DNA of 64,000 nucleotides from Squalus acanthias (GCA_030390025.1 CM059432.1:150476001-150540000), one strand, 5' to 3'. Numbered from the stretch's first letter, positions 12,918 to 26,800 are shown. Notes: a model not told the origin generated them from the letters alone. Numbers and translations are program-made.

Positions 12918-13323
12918 ACATTCATTCCCTCCACCACCGACGTACCGTGGCTGCAGTGTGTACCATCTACAAGATGCACTGCAGCAACTCGCCAAGGCTT
13001 CTTCGGCAGCACCTCCCAAACCCGCGACCTCTTCCACCTAGAAGGACAAGGGCAGCAGGCGCATGGGAACACCACCACCTCCAAATTCCCCTCCAAGTCG
13101 CACACCATCCTGACTTCGAAGTATATCGCCGATCCTTCATCGTCGCTGGGTCAAAATCCTGGAACTTCCTACCTAACAGCACTGTGGGAGTACCTTCACC
13201 ACATGGACTGCAGCGGTTCAAGAAGGCGGCTCACCACCACCTTCTCAAGGGAATCTAGGGATGGGCAATAAATGCTGGCCTTGCCAGCGATGCCCAGATC
13301 CCATAAACGAATAAAAAAAAAAA
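12918..13323 (+). mobile_element. Family A LINE 3' end
   Basis: Near-identical to 580-973 (HSLHHRRTVAAVCTIYKMHC...), with an A tail. Confidence 0.95.
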
Positions 13324-13522
13324 TACCAGAACATTCATATTCAGCTGTCTTTAGAATGGTGGGCTGGTTTCCTATAGCACTTCCATTCAAATCATGCAAA
13401 TGACAGAGCATGGAGTGTGCTTCAAGGGTTGAAAGCATTATCAGGAGTGAGATGATGCGAGTGGGAAAGGAGACACATCAGGAATGTGAATCAAAAATGG
13501 TAGAAATACATAACTATAATAA

Positions 13523-15010
13523 TCTTCTTCTTAGGCAGTCCCTTGGAACCAAGGATGACTTGCTTCCACACTAAAAATGAGTTCTCAGGTGACTGATGAG
13601 TCTAATGCAGGACCTACAGTCTTTGTCACAGGTGGGGCAGATGGTGGTTGAAGGGGCGGGTGGGTGGGGTGCTTGGGTTGACGTGCGCTCCTTCCGCTGT
13701 TTGCGCTTGGCTTCTGCTTGCTCCCGGCGAAGAGACTCGAGGTGTTCGGCGCCTTCCCGGATGCTTCTCCTCCACTTTGTGCAGTCTTAGGCCAGGGATT
13801 CCCAGGTGTCGGTGGGGATGTTGCACTTTTTCAAGGAGGCTTTGAGGGTGTCCTTGAAGCGTTTCCTCTGCCCACCTGGGGCTCTCTTGCCGTGTCGGAG
13901 CTCCAAGTAGAGCGCTTGCTTTGGGAGTCTCATATCGGGCATGCGGACGAGCGTGGTCAAAGCTTCAATGCTGGGGATGTTGGCCTAAGCGAGAACACTG
14001 ACGTTGGTGCGCCTATCCTGCCAATAGATTGGCAGGATCTTGCGGAGGCAGCGTTGGTGGTACCTCTCCAGTGCTTTGAGGTGCCTGCTGTACATGGTCC
14101 ATGTCTCTGAAGCATACAGGAGGGCTGGTATCACTACTGCTCTGTAGACCATGAGCTTGGTGCTGGGTTTGAGGTCCTGGTCTTCAAACACTCTCTTCCT
14201 CAGGTGACCGAAGGCTGCACTAGCACACTGAAGGCGGTGTTGGACTTCGTCATCGACGTCTGCCCTTGTTGACAGTAGGCTCCCGAGGTATGGAAAGTGG
14301 TCCATGTTGTCCAAGGCTTCGTCATGGATTTTGATAATCGGGGAGCAGTAGTGTGTGGCGGGAGCAGGTTAGTAGAGCACCTTTGTCTTACGGATGTTTA
14401 GTCCAAAAATGTGCGGGTTAGGTTGATTTGGCTATGATAAATTGACCCTTAGTGTTAGGGGGGGATTAAATATGTGGGGTTACGGGGATAGGATAGGAAG
14501 GGATATGTTAGGGGGAATTAAATACGTGGGGTTACGGGGATAGGGTGGGATATGTTCGATGCAGGCTCGATGGGGATTCTGTGTGAGAAAGCAGGGACAG
14601 GGTACTGGATTTGGATGATCAGCCATGATCGTATTGAATGGTGGAGCAGGCTCAACGGGCCGAATGGCCTACTCCTGCTCCTAGTTTCTATGTTTCTATG
14701 TGTAAGGCCCACACTCGCGTATGCTTCAGTGAAGGCATTGACGATGGTTTGGAGTTCGACCTCAGAGTGTGCGCAGACGCAAGCGTCGTCTGCATACTGT
14801 AATTCGATGACAGAGGATGGGACGACCTTGGATCTGGACTGGAGGCGACGGAGGTTGAACAGTTTCCCGTTTGTTCTGTAGATTGGGTGCTCACCACATT
14901 GGACTGTCTCAGGAACTCCTTGGCGGCTTTGTCAAATTTATTATGCAGCTTCGGAGCACGTGGTCTGAAGCGCTCAGGAAATACTGAGCATGCGCAGCAG
15001 GTCAGTGAGC
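13523..15010 (-). mobile_element. RTE-clade LINE 3' portion, interrupted at 14403-14700
   Basis: FPYLGS..RLQCASAAFGHL..YRAVVIPALLYASETW..HQRCLRKIL; LQYADD in an adjacent frame near 14785-14805; (GAA)n tail. Confidence 0.9.
14403..14700 (+). mobile_element. 5'-truncated HE1/V-SINE-like SINE with CR1 (HER1)-type tail
   Basis: Matches the reverse complement of 22309-22586; tail shared with the HER1-like LINEs; ends in (TTTCTATG)n. Confidence 0.85.
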
Positions 15011-17306
15011 ATCTTACATAGTATTACTTCGTTCAATGAAGACGGCACAGGCAGCTGTTGGTGCTGCGATGGGAATGGTAAACAGCCTATAGAGCAGACA
15101 GTGAGCTGCGGAGCAGGACTGTGGCTGTCACTCCAGGGACAGGCCCGTGTATCGAGCCTACAGCGGCCTGAGGCCAAATATCACCCACCGTCAGAGCCAC
15201 TGTCACACGCCTCACTGAGTCTTTGAAAAACCGGGCAGTCCAAAGTCTTAATTTCTGATAAGAATACAATAATTTCACGCTTACCTGATACTGAAAGATC
15301 ACCTGCCCAAAACTCAAGAGTACCAGCCAAACATAGCAATGTGGTGATAACAGGTAGGATTTTTGAAAAGATTTTTGTAAAGCATTTTCAGATGCAGTAA
15401 TACAGTTTTTGTAAAGAGCTGTGACCAGTTAGAGATTAAATGAAGCCACTAATGAGGTTAATAAACCAACTGTCAATCTATATTGGTTTATGTTTGAAAA
15501 AAAATAGCAACTCATGATTTCTTACCAAATCTCAGGATTTTTAAGAGTTTGTCTCAATTTATGAGACAGTTGGGTTGGCATTACTATTAATTAGAATTTT
15601 TATATTAAATTTAATTAATTGTTTATTTATTAAATTATTTTACCTTTTGGTGTCGGTTTCTCTCTGGCTAGCCATCGTTATCTTATGTTACCTCTCTGAA
15701 TTAAAAAAATAAAACAAGTTTATGGCTATAAAACTTTAAATGAAAAATGCACTGTGTAGCTTTGTTTCGGGGGCGGGGGGGGGGGGGGACTCATCATTTT
15801 ACACCATGAGGAGATACAGCTTCCAGTTGTGAAACAGCCTGCCACTCACACTGACAGAATGCTACTGATACGTGGGGAGAATTCTGCTCATGCTTAGACT
15901 GTGCCATCTCCCTGAAGCTCAAAGAATGATAGCTCTGGGTCAACATTAAGTCCACACTTTTGAGAGAGGCCGAGGCCTTCATGTAAAAACATGAATGAAG
16001 CTACCTGACACACAAGAAAACTTCATTAGTACATTTAATCATAATTGTGAAATATATAATTTATGCCATTATTTTTATAGCCTGAACTTGTGGAGTTGAG
16101 GCAAAAAAAAAAAGTTTTCAAAAAAAAAGTTGAGTAATTTGATTTGTTTGTCTTCTTTTTTATTCATGGTTCTCCTGGCTGATCATTCGGGATTGGTTGG
16201 TTGTTCCTAGTTATTTCTCATTGATAGTTTTCTACCTAATTTCTTTACTTTTGATTCCTATGCCTTCCTTAAGTCTGAGTGCTACTATTTTAGTTTGAGC
16301 CAATCAGCAAAGTGTGACACCAATGTGCCAACTGAAGTGTATCAGTTACATGACGAAGTGCAATTAGGCAGACCACTTTTTTAGATTATATAGATAGATA
16401 TGGGTGTATATTTAAGCACTGCTCATACCACTTCCTTCCATTTTTGATTGGAGAAATTATCAAATTATCCATTTTAATCAATTTGACTACACAATTAAAG
16501 TGTTCACATATTTCAACTAATTAATAGACTGTAGCTTTACTGGTTTCCTAAGCAACCAAAAATGTGACATGTTCATGCACTAAATTAGCAAAGCCATTAA
16601 ATTACAGTACATTCAAATTGCTTAGGCAGAAAAACCAGCTATTTTTAGCTACTAATATCCACGGTGGGTTTTTTGTTGCAAATCTGCCCATGAAATGTAA
16701 CTTTTGGAACACTGGATTAATTGTAGCGCTGTACATCTTCACATCCCTTGTATTTCTCATTAAAAATTGAGCAGCCACAAAAATAAAAATATATGAAATA
16801 CAGTACATACAGACACATATTGTGCATTGTAAGTATTGCATCACAATCATTATGCAAAAGACATAACTACCATTACATTGCTATAAATGTGAACAAATGG
16901 CAAGATGAAGCCTCGGGTGCTTCACTCACACTCTTTCATTTCCCAAGGAGGGCAAGCTGGCCAAGAGGGGTGGGGGAGGTGGGCAGAGGGAAGTACACTT
17001 CCAACCTTGAACTCGTCTGAAAACAAGTGATTACACCATTGACCAAAGTATTAGTTCTTACTAATAAGTATACAAATAAGAAAACTTAAAAACTGACAGC
17101 TCAGATTTGTGGCTTTTGTATTTGTCAATGTGCAAGATATCTTCCAAGCACTTTTATATTCGAGAATTAGCTACATGGCCTTCAAGAAATCTAAAACAGA
17201 CTTTTGAGCTAGCGAGAGGCCTGTTTTTGTATTAAATTAAGTATATAGATTCGGGCACATATCAGAGAAGGGTCAGTTAGGAGGCTGAAAGCTGAGTTGA
17301 GGAACA

Positions 17307-19495
17307 TATCATAGAATCTTACAGCACAGAAGGAAGCCATTTGGTCCATCATGCCTGTGCTGGCTCATTGAAAGTTATTCCAGATCATCAATACATGCTG
17401 GGTAAACATAGAAGATAGGAGCAGGAGTAGGCCATTCGGCCCCTCGAGCCTGCTCCGCCATTCAATGCGATCATGGCTGATCATCCAAATTCAGTACCCT
17501 GTCCCTGCTTTCTCCCCATATCCCTTGATCCCTTTAGCCTTAAGAAATATATCCAACTCCTTCTTGAATCTATTTAATGAACTGGCCTCTACTACCTTCT
17601 GTGGTAGAGAATTCCACAGGTTCACCACTCTCTGGGTGAAGAAATTCCTCCTCATCTCAGTCCTAAATGGCTTACCCCTTATCCTTAGACTGTGACCCTT
17701 GGTTCTGGACTCCCCCGCCATCGGGAACATCCTTCCTGCATCTAGTCTGTCCAGTCCTGTCAGAATTTTATAAGTTTCAATGAGATCCCCTCTCATTCTT
17801 CTAAACTCCAGCGAGTATAAGCCCAATCGACCCAATCTCTCCTCATACGTCATTCCTGCCATCCCAGCTATCAGCCTGGTGAATCTTCGCTGAACTCCTT
17901 CCATGGCAAGAACCTCCTTCCTCAGATAAGGCGACCAAAACTGCACACAATACTCAAGGTGTGGTCTCACCAAGGCCCTGTACAACTGCAGCAAGACATC
18001 CTTGTTCCTGTACTCAAACCCTCTCGCTACGAAGGTCAACATACCATTTGCCTTCTTAACCGCCTGCTGCACCTGCATGCTTACCTTCAGCGACTGGTGC
18101 ACAAGGACACCCAGGTCTCGTTGCACTTCCCCTTCTCCCAATCTATTGCCATTCAGATAATAATCTGCCTTCCTGTTTTTGACACCAAAGTGGATAACCT
18201 CGCATTTATCCACGTTATATTGCATCTGCCACGCTTCTGCCCAATCACCCAACCTGTTCAAATCATCCTGGAGTTTCTCGGCATCCTCCTCACAGCACAC
18301 ACGCCCACCCAGCTTTGTGTCATCTGCAAACTTGGAGATATTACATCTAGTTCCCTTGTCTAAAAAAATTCTCATCTCCCCTCTGATTCTTTTGCCAATT
18401 ACTTTAAATCTGTGTCCTCTGGTTACTGACCCAGCCGCCTGTCAAACCCCTTCATGATTTTGAACGCTTCTATTAAATCTTCCCTTAACCTTTACTGCTC
18501 TAAGGAGAACAATCCCACTTCTCTAATCACTCCACGCAATTGAAGTCCCTCATCCCTGGTACCATTCCAGTAAATCTCCTCTGCACCCTCTCCAAGTCTT
18601 TGACATCCTTCCTAAAGTGCGGTGCCCAGAATTGGCCACAATACTCCAGCTGAGGCCTAACCAGTGATTTATAAAGGTTTAACATAACTTCTTTAGAAAC
18701 ATAGAAAAAATAGAAAAATAGGAGCAGGAGTCGGCCATTCGGCCCTTCGAGCCTGCTCCGCCATTCAATAAGATCATGGCTGATCTTCGATCTCAATACC
18801 ATATTCCTGCTCTCTCCCCATACCCCTTGATGCCTTTTGTGTCTTTGCCTTTATATTCTATGGCTCTATTTATAAAGCTAAGGACCCTGTATGCTTTTTT
18901 AACAGCCTTATCAACTTGTCCTGCCACCTTCAAAGATTTGTGTACGTACACCCCTAGGTCTTTTTGTTCCTGCGGCCACTTTAAAATTGTACCATTTAGT
19001 TTATACTGCCTCTCCTCATTCTTCCCACCAAAATGTATTACTTCATACTTCACTGCATTATATTTCATTTGCCATGTGTCTGCCCATTTTATCAGTCTGT
19101 CTGTGTCCTCCTGAAGTCTGCTACTATCCTCCTCACTGTTTACTACATTTCCAAGTTTTGTGTCATCTGCAATCTTTGAAATTATGTCCTGTATACCCAA
19201 GTCCAGGTCATTATTATATATCAAAAAGAGCAGTGGTCCTAATACCAACCCCTGGGTACACCACTGCACACTTCCCTCCAGTCTGAAAAACAACCGTTCA
19301 TCACTACTCTCTACTTTCTGTCCTTTAGCCAATTATGTATCCACACAGCCACTGCCCCTTTAATCCTATGGACTTCAATTTTGCTAACAAGTCTATTATG
19401 TGATTCTTTATCATACGCTTTTTGAAAGTCCAGATATACACAACATCAACCATACTACCCTTATTAACCTTCTCCATTATTTCATCAAAAAATCT
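17307..19495 (-). mobile_element. Older CR1 LINE RT/3' region, split by younger CR1 insertions (17405-18357 and about 18693-18842)
   Basis: ORFs 18527-18802 and 18793-19332 carry LVRPQLEYC and KIADDTKL; 3' tail at about 17307-17375. Confidence 0.85.
17405..18357 (-). mobile_element. Young 5'-truncated CR1 (HER1-like) LINE
   Basis: Open 294-aa frame from KFADD to KGYGEKAGTGY; highly similar to 36148-37248 and 53183-54106. Confidence 0.95.
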
Positions 19496-20075
19496 CAACA
19501 AAGAACTCATACAGAGTCACTACAAAAGAAACCTGCCAGTCCCGACCAAACTGTTGCTCAGTTTGGGACAAAACCAGCAGGCATAGAAAAATGGTGAGGG
19601 GACAGAATATTGTATAGCTGAAAAAACCCAGAAAATGCATGTAGTCCTTTTAAGTGATATACAAACATGTCTCGCATCTAATGCCAAGTCAAATCACGTT
19701 ATTTTTGGCTCTGCAAGACATTGCTTTCTGATCTTCTTCAAACTACAGCGCTTGGTTGCTAATTCAGTATGTCCTGTCTAAGTTTCCAAAAATCCTGGTA
19801 TGGAGAAAAAAGGCTTTGCCAGCATGTTGCCTCATTTTGTCCATAACATGGAGCTAACCAGCACAAACTGGAAAGAGTGCTTCAAGCTGCCCTAGTTGAG
19901 ATAAATTACATCAGCATTGTTATCAAGATCTCCTAGATGCCATAGATCTATTCAGTTACCTCTTACAGTGTATGGAAACAATCAAGATATTCAGTCCTCC
20001 AAAAGCCAGGGAGTCACCTTGAAATGGGAGCAGAAAATGGCAGCAGCAGGTTTCAAAGGATGCAGGCAGCCTTCG

Positions 20076-21272
20076 TGATGTAGTATATTTGGATTTCCAA
20101 AAAGCATTCGATAAGGTGCCATATAAAAGGTTATTACACAAGATTAGGGCTCATGGGGTTGGGGGTAATATAGTAGCATGGATAGAGGATTGGCTAACGG
20201 ACAGAAAACAGAGAGTAGGGATAAACGGGTCATTTTCAGGTTGGCAGGCTATAACTAGTGGGGTGCCGCAAGGATCAGTGTTGGGGCCTCAGCTATTGAC
20301 AATCTATATTAATGACCTAGATGAAGGGACCGAGTGTAATGTATCCAAATTTGCTGATGATACAAAACTAGGTGGGACAGTAAGCTGTGAGGAGAACACA
20401 AAGAGTCTGCAAAGGGATATAGATCGACTAAGTGAGTGGGCAGTAAGGTGGCAGATGGAGTATAATGTAGGGAAATGTGAGGTTATTCACTTTGGGAGGA
20501 AGAATAGAAAAACAGAATATTTTTAAATGGTGAGAAACTTTCAAATGTTGGTGTTCAGAGAGATTTGGGTGTCCTCGTGCAAGCAACACAGAAAGCTAGC
20601 ATGCAGGTACAGCAAGCAATGAGGAAGGCAAATGGCATGTTGGCCTTTATTGCAAGGGGATTGGAGTATAAGAGTAAGGAAATCTTGCTACAACTGTACA
20701 GGGCCTTGGTGAGACCACACCTGGAGTACTGTGCACAGTTTTGGTCTCCTTATCTAAGGAAGGATATACTTGCCTTGGAGGCGGTGCAATGAAGGTTCAC
20801 TCGATTGATTCCTGGGATGAGAGCACTGTCCTATGATGAGAGATTGTGTAGAATGGGCCTATACACACTGGAGCATAGAAGAATGAGAGGTGATCTCATT
20901 GAAAAATACAAGATTCTGAAGGGGATTGTCAGGGTAGATGCTGAGAGGTTGTTTCCCCTGGCTGGAGAGTCTAGAACGAGGGGGCATAGTCTCAGGATAA
21001 GGGGTAGGCCATTTAAGACTGAGATGAGGAGGAATTTCTTCACTCAGAGGGTTGTGAATCTTTGGAATTCTCTGCCCCAGAGGGCTGTGAATGCTGAGTC
21101 TTTGAGTATATTCAAGGCTGAGATAGATAGATTTTTGGACTCTAGGGGAATCAAGGGATATGGAGATCGGGCGGGAAAGTTGAGGTCGATGATCAGCCAT
21201 GATCTTATTGAATGGCGGAGCAGGCTCGAGGGGCGGTATGGCCTACTCCTGCTCTTATTTCTTATGTTTCCT
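20076..21272 (+). mobile_element. CR1 LINE RT/3' fragment
   Basis: [40 protein letters not shown], and a CR1 tail. Confidence 0.95.
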
Positions 21273-23297
21273 TAAAGGGACCATGTGCAAATTGATTTTG
21301 ACAGTTCTTCGGTCAGCGTTCTACAGCATTGAGGTGCTGCAAACACTGACAAGCACTGCACAGAGGTGCACACCGGCACCCAGGCTCTCCCATAACTCCC
21401 TCCATACGCATATGGAGGGAGTCACAGCACGCAGGGAGGTCCTCTTCCCTTCCCATGGGCGGAAGAGACCTCTCCAGGAGACCAACGCAGCCTGGTTGCA
21501 CATTGCACAGGAGGGCACAAGCAGGGATGTCGTCAGGAGGACCAGGCTGCAGTGGCACAAACCTTTCAATAATCTCAGTAGATCACGAAACGTTACTACA
21601 AAGCCACACTCAACCTCATCCTGCTGTGTCACTCATCACATCCCCATCACTCTGCCTTCCCTACCCTACTCCTGCACTTCCTTACTCACACCAACTTACC
21701 TTGCACCTCCACCCATCCCTCTCTATCTACATTATCACTTCCCCATCTCACTTGCTACCCCTCACACTCACCCTCATCCTAGTCCAATCATACCAACTAA
21801 CAACACACAAGGGTAAGCACTTGTGTGTTTTAGCCAATGTTCATGTGAAGTTTCTGTTAATGTGTTGTAAAACATTGAAATCTATATTTTCAACAGTTTG
21901 CTTTCTTGGCAGATTTGTGTGCACCTTTGGAAGTGACTTAGTGAGTGGCAGTGAATGGTGAGACATAATGGGACCCCCCGCAATGGCGATGAGTGGCTTG
22001 GGCATTGTAGGGATGCTTTATGGTGTTGGTGTGGTGTGGTGCCAACCTGGCGCATCACGTAGCAGCCAGGGTGTACAGCATCAAGTGAAGTAAATCTGGC
22101 CATGGTGAGGCCATCCCTGGCGTCCCGGGGGGCAGTAATGTGGTTGGGTGCTGATGCCCTGTGTCCTGAGCAGCATCAGTTGATTGTGGAGAATGTTGTT
22201 GTTGGTGCTGCTGGGTTGCCTCGTTCTGCTGGTGTTGGGGCTGATCGTGGTGGGATTCTGAAGGGCAAGGTGAGAGAGTGTAAACCATACCGATTCTGAT
22301 GTAATAGAAACATAGAAACATAGAAACATAGAATCTAGGAGCAGGAGTAGGCCATTCGGCCCGTCGAGCCTGCTCCACCATTCAATACGATCATGGCTGA
22401 TCATCCAAATCCAGTACCCTGTCCCTGCTTTAATCCCCACAGTACACACTACCCCCGTAACCCCACGTATTTAATTCCCCCTAACATATCCCATCCTATC
22501 CCCATAACCCCACATATTTAATCCCCCCCTAACACTAAGGGTCAATTTATCATAGCCAAATCAACCTAACCCGCACATTTTTGGACTGTGGGAGGAAACC
22601 GGAGCACCCGGAGGAAACCCACGCAGACACGGGGAGAATGTGCAAACTCCACACAGACAGTCACCCGAGGCCGGATTCGAACCCGGGTCTCTGGCGCTGT
22701 GAGGCACCAGTGCTAATCACTATACCACCGTGTTGCCGTGTAATAGATGGCAGGTTGGGTTGAGATGACAGAAGCAATCTGTCAATGGTGAGAGAGGTTG
22801 TTCCAATGAGTTGGCACTGGATAGAGAGTTGACTGCAAACACTTGCAAGCTGCATAAAGCTCAATCTGTCTTCCAAATGCAGTAAGCAACAGTTTCTGAG
22901 CTTGGAAAGTGAACAGCTCTGAGATGGGAGCTTTTATACAACTTTTGCAGCTGTCAGGTAATCAGATAATTCAATGCTGAATCCACTCACGACATGCTAA
23001 GCTGACGTGATCCCCAAGCAGCGTGTAACCCGTGGGGTAACACATAAAATTGAAAGGCAAATTTAAAATACTAATTAAGTGCCTCTTAACAATCTTTCTA
23101 ATGATCTAAATTGCCACCACCCCCCCCCCCCCCCCCCGCCGCTTGGTGTCAAGTCTGTTCAGCGATGACAGACCCGACATCTGGGAGACTAGCATGGAGG
23201 TGGTTTGACAGCAGGTTCCCTACCCGCTGTCATAAAAACATTTCCCACCCGACCTGCCACCAGACACGCCCACTGACCTCCCGAAAAATTCCCCCCA
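21273..23297. mobile_element. Internally deleted PIF/Harbinger copy
   Basis: Myb/SANT exon 1 homologue (REVLFP..W..IA..R..Q..K.FN) and transposase-end sequences paralleling 54120-58157; right end AAAAATTCCCCCC; left TIR not clearly seen. Confidence 0.8.
22309..22738 (-). mobile_element. Full-length HE1/V-SINE-like tRNA SINE
   Basis: A-box-like GGTGGTATAGTGATTAGC, B-box GGTTCGAATCC, V-domain-like body, CR1 tail; 9-bp TSD TGTAATAGA (22300-22308 and 22739-22747). Confidence 0.9.
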
Positions 23298-23770
23298 CGG
23301 TGTACAGTCTTGGATGACCCATTACAGAAAGGACATCAGTATCAATCCACCTCGGTGATGATGCCAGGGATAGAAAACGAGTTATGGCGAGAGATTTGAG
23401 ATACTGGAACTATTTCCACTTTAGAAGAGAAGGCAAAGAGGAAATTTAATAGAGGTTTTAAAATTATAAAAGGTTTCGATATAATGAATAGGGGAAGACT
23501 ATTTCCGCATGATAGTAACGAGGAGTCATCAATTTAAAATTGCTACCAAGAGAATGAGGAGAGAGGTTAAGTTAAATTTCTTTATATAGAGGGTTGTTGG
23601 AGCTTGGAATGCTATGCCACAAGGAGTAGTTGAGACAGAGACCATGGCATCTTTTAAGGAAAAAAAATGGATAAATATTTGAAACAGACACAGGTCTTTG
23701 GGGAGTGAGTGGGGCAGTGGGATTAGTTTTGGATTTATAGCAGAATGGCTTCCTTCTGTGCTGTAAACCT
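23298..23770 (+). mobile_element. Old CR1 3' fragment
   Basis: Degenerate R..LIEV.KI and RVVGAWNAMPQGVVE motifs. Confidence 0.7.
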
Positions 23771-23854
23771 GTATGGTTCGATGTGGGGTGCGGGGGCAGA
23801 AAGCTGTGGCTGCTTTATGGGAGAGGGACAGCAAGATGCAGTAGGAGGGATGGG

Positions 23855-24560
23855 GCAGGGCTCAGTACTGGGTCCTTTGCTTTTTGTGGTATATCTCAAT
23901 GATTTGGACTTGAATGTAGGAAGTATGATTAAGAAGTTTGCTGATGATACAAAAATTGGCCGTGTGGTTGATACTGAAGAAGGAAGCTGTAGACTGCATG
24001 TAGATATCAATGGACTGGTCAGGTGGCAAATGGAATTCAATCTGGAGAAGTGTAAGGTAATGCATTTGGGGAGGGCTAACAAGGCATGGGAATACACTAT
24101 AAATGGTAGGACACTGAGAAGTGCAGAAGATCAGAGGGACCTTGGAGTGCATGTCGACAGATCCCTAAAGGTAGCAGGACAGGTAGATAAGGTGGTTATG
24201 AAGGCATACGGGATACTTGTTGAGGTGTATAAAATTATGAGGGGCCTAGATAGAGTGGCTAGGAAGGACCTATTTCCCTTAGCAGAAGGGTCAATAACAG
24301 AGGCATAGATTTAAAGTAATCGGTCGGAGGTTTCGAGGGGATTTGAGAAATGTTTTCACCCAGAGGGTGGTGGGGGTCTGGAACTCACTGCCTGAAAGGG
24401 TGGTAGAGGCAGAGACCCTCATCACATTTAAAAAGTACTTGGATATGCACTTGAAGTGCGGGAACCTACAAGACTACGGACAAAGTGCTGGAAAGTGGGA
24501 TTAGGGTGGATAGCTCTTTGTCGGACTCTTTCTGTGCTGTAAATTTCTATGATTCTATGA
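23855..24560 (+). mobile_element. CR1 RT/3' fragment with internal deletion (same subfamily as 4410-7431)
   Basis: QGSVLGPLLF..KKFADDTK; sequence similarity to 6427-7420. Confidence 0.9.
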
Positions 24561-24724
24561 AAGGCAATTGGCATTTGGGGTAGGTGAATGCAAGAGGTGG
24601 TAGGTCAGAGTGGGGGAGGCAAGAGCTCTTGGGGTGAGGGCAGAGAGTGCAGGAGGGAAGAAGGTAAAAAAGGCATGGCTGCTCATTGTGGGCAGAATTG
24701 GCAACAGACGGTAGGGGAAATAGA

Positions 24725-25100
24725 TTCATAGAAACATACAGCACAGAAGGAGGCCATTCGGCCCATCATGCCTGTCCTGGCTCTTTGAAAGAGCAGTCGT
24801 GCTTAGTCCCACATCTCTGCTTTTTGTCCGTAACTCTAAGTTGTTCATCCTCAAGTACCTGTCCAACTCCCTTTTAAATTATTGATGGAATCAGCTTCCA
24901 CCACCTTTTCAGGTCGAGCGTTGCAGATCCCGACAACTCTCGGAGTGAAAACATTTCTCCTCATCTCCCCTCTAGATCTTTTTCCAATGATTTAAATCTA
25001 TGACCTCTTGTTATTCACCCACTCGCCAGAGAGAATATTTTTTTTGCTTTTTACTCCATCAAAACCTATCATCTTGAAAACCTCTATTAGGTCACCTCTT
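24725..25100 (-). mobile_element. CR1 3' end
   Basis: CATAGAAACATACAGCACAGAAGGAGGCCATTCGGCCC tail and degenerate C-terminal coding sequence. Confidence 0.75.
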
Positions 25101-25529
25101 AACCTTCTCTGTTCCAAGGAGAGCAGTCCGAACTTTTCCAACCTCTCCTCATAACTGAAATACAAGATAGATGTAGATATTCAGGTCATGTGGCACTGCT
25201 GTGAGCACACCACAGTGCTATCTAGCTTGAAGATATGTGAGGATGACTCGTATAAATCACCACCGATCTTGGAGAAGAAAGCCGATGGACTCAATAGGCA
25301 AGTACAAGTATGACAGAAAAAACATGACAGAAATCACAACAGGAAATTTGTTACCAGAAATTTGCATTACACATGAAACATTGAATATATTACTAGCACG
25401 TGTCCTGTGGTGTTACTCAAGATAAGTCAGAGGTTTTATAAGAACATGGTATTATACCAAGTTGGATTATGAAGGAAGTTGACATGGGGGGCAGCCCTGG
25501 GACCACAGGGAAGAACACTCGGTTTAGTA

Positions 25530-25862
25530 CAGGAAACTTTCGTTTATCCGGCACCGACGGGACCGGCGTGGTGCCGGTTGATCGAAAGTGCCGGATTACA
25601 GAGAGGTATACTTACCAAGGTACGAGAGCCCCGTACACGGCCACAGGCTGAACAATTGGGACCCGGAGAGGGAAGGTAAACGAGACTCCGGCTTTTTCCT
25701 CCGTGGCGGCGACAGGTCGGAGTCGGAAGAACGTTGACCCCCCCTTTCGTGGGGGCGAAAGGTCAGAATCGGGGTCTTGTCTGTATAATAAAACTTACCT
25801 GATTTTTGCCGGTTAAGCGAGAATTCCGGATATTAGGGTGCCGGATAAACGAAAGTTTCCTG
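25530..25862. mobile_element. Tc1/mariner-superfamily (pogo/Tigger-like) MITE
   Basis: Perfect 26-bp TIR CAGGAAACTTTCGTTTATCCGGCACC with TA on both sides. Confidence 0.9.
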
Positions 25863-26800
25863 TAATTTGATTGGGGGATCCTAGGGTTCTGGGATCACTG
25901 GGGGAGCACTCCTGAAATAGGAATGTAGTGGAGGAGTGTCGTAAGGTTTGGGTACATTGGTGTGGATCTGACATCACTTGAGCACTGTGAATGCAGTTTT
26001 GGGGTTTGTGAGAACCGAGAGATTCACATTTTGCTCACACACACTAGTCTGGAGCTTAAAGACAATATAAAATCAGTGGATTTACTTGGAAATCATGCCT
26101 ATTCTTCATTTTAGGCAGTATTTTACAGTATACATCCATATCCTATGGGGAATTCTTCAGTTTGTACTGCCTGCTGCCATATTACTTCAGCTCCTCACTT
26201 GGAACTGTGTGGTTCACTGGTTTGTTTATACCTACCTCAAATTATAGAAGGCTCTGATCTTATTATAGGCTTTCTATAAGCTACTGGTTTAGTATTTAAA
26301 ATGATTCATCAAAATCATATGAAAATTCCATTATATAAGCATTAATAGGAAAAGTCAGGGATGAGAAACAGCTGTTCGCATAATGAGTTCATCCCTCTAG
26401 TTCCCTTACTCTCCCATCATACCAGCCAACTGTATATTGAACAATCCCTGCTCATGCCTTTATTATCCTGCCTTGCAGATCCTTCCTAACATTTTTCACT
26501 CCAAGTAAACGTTTCCTCATGTTGGTTTAAATTTATTTTTCAATCCTATGGTATTATTTTTCCTGGCTTACCTTGAAGTCATCTAGTTTTACTTTATCTC
26601 CGCTGTTTAATAATTTATATAGTTTGATGAGGTTCCCCCAGCTACCTTATATCTAAACTGCAAAACTTAACCTTCTCTGCTCTTTCCTCATAGTTCATTC
26701 CCTTTACACTCGAGATCAATCTTGCTGCCGTTCTCTACCCATTTCAGTGCAACTATATCTTTATGTGGCATGGTGACCAAAACTGAATGCAATACTCTAA

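Larger units (their letters stand above)
12057..15586. mobile_element. hAT-like TIR element carrying nested retroelements
   Basis: Termini CAGTAATGCCAAC and GTTGGCATTACTA; flanking ATTAATT duplication; CTCNNGA-like subterminal repeats at both ends; no transposase recognised. Confidence 0.6.

Noticed and set aside
15850..16004. Minus-strand segment with acceptor and GTGAGT donor
   Set aside because: Stops in all three frames; could only be non-coding or terminal, with no further support
22640..22738. tRNA gene
   Set aside because: The A/B boxes are the head of a TSD-flanked SINE
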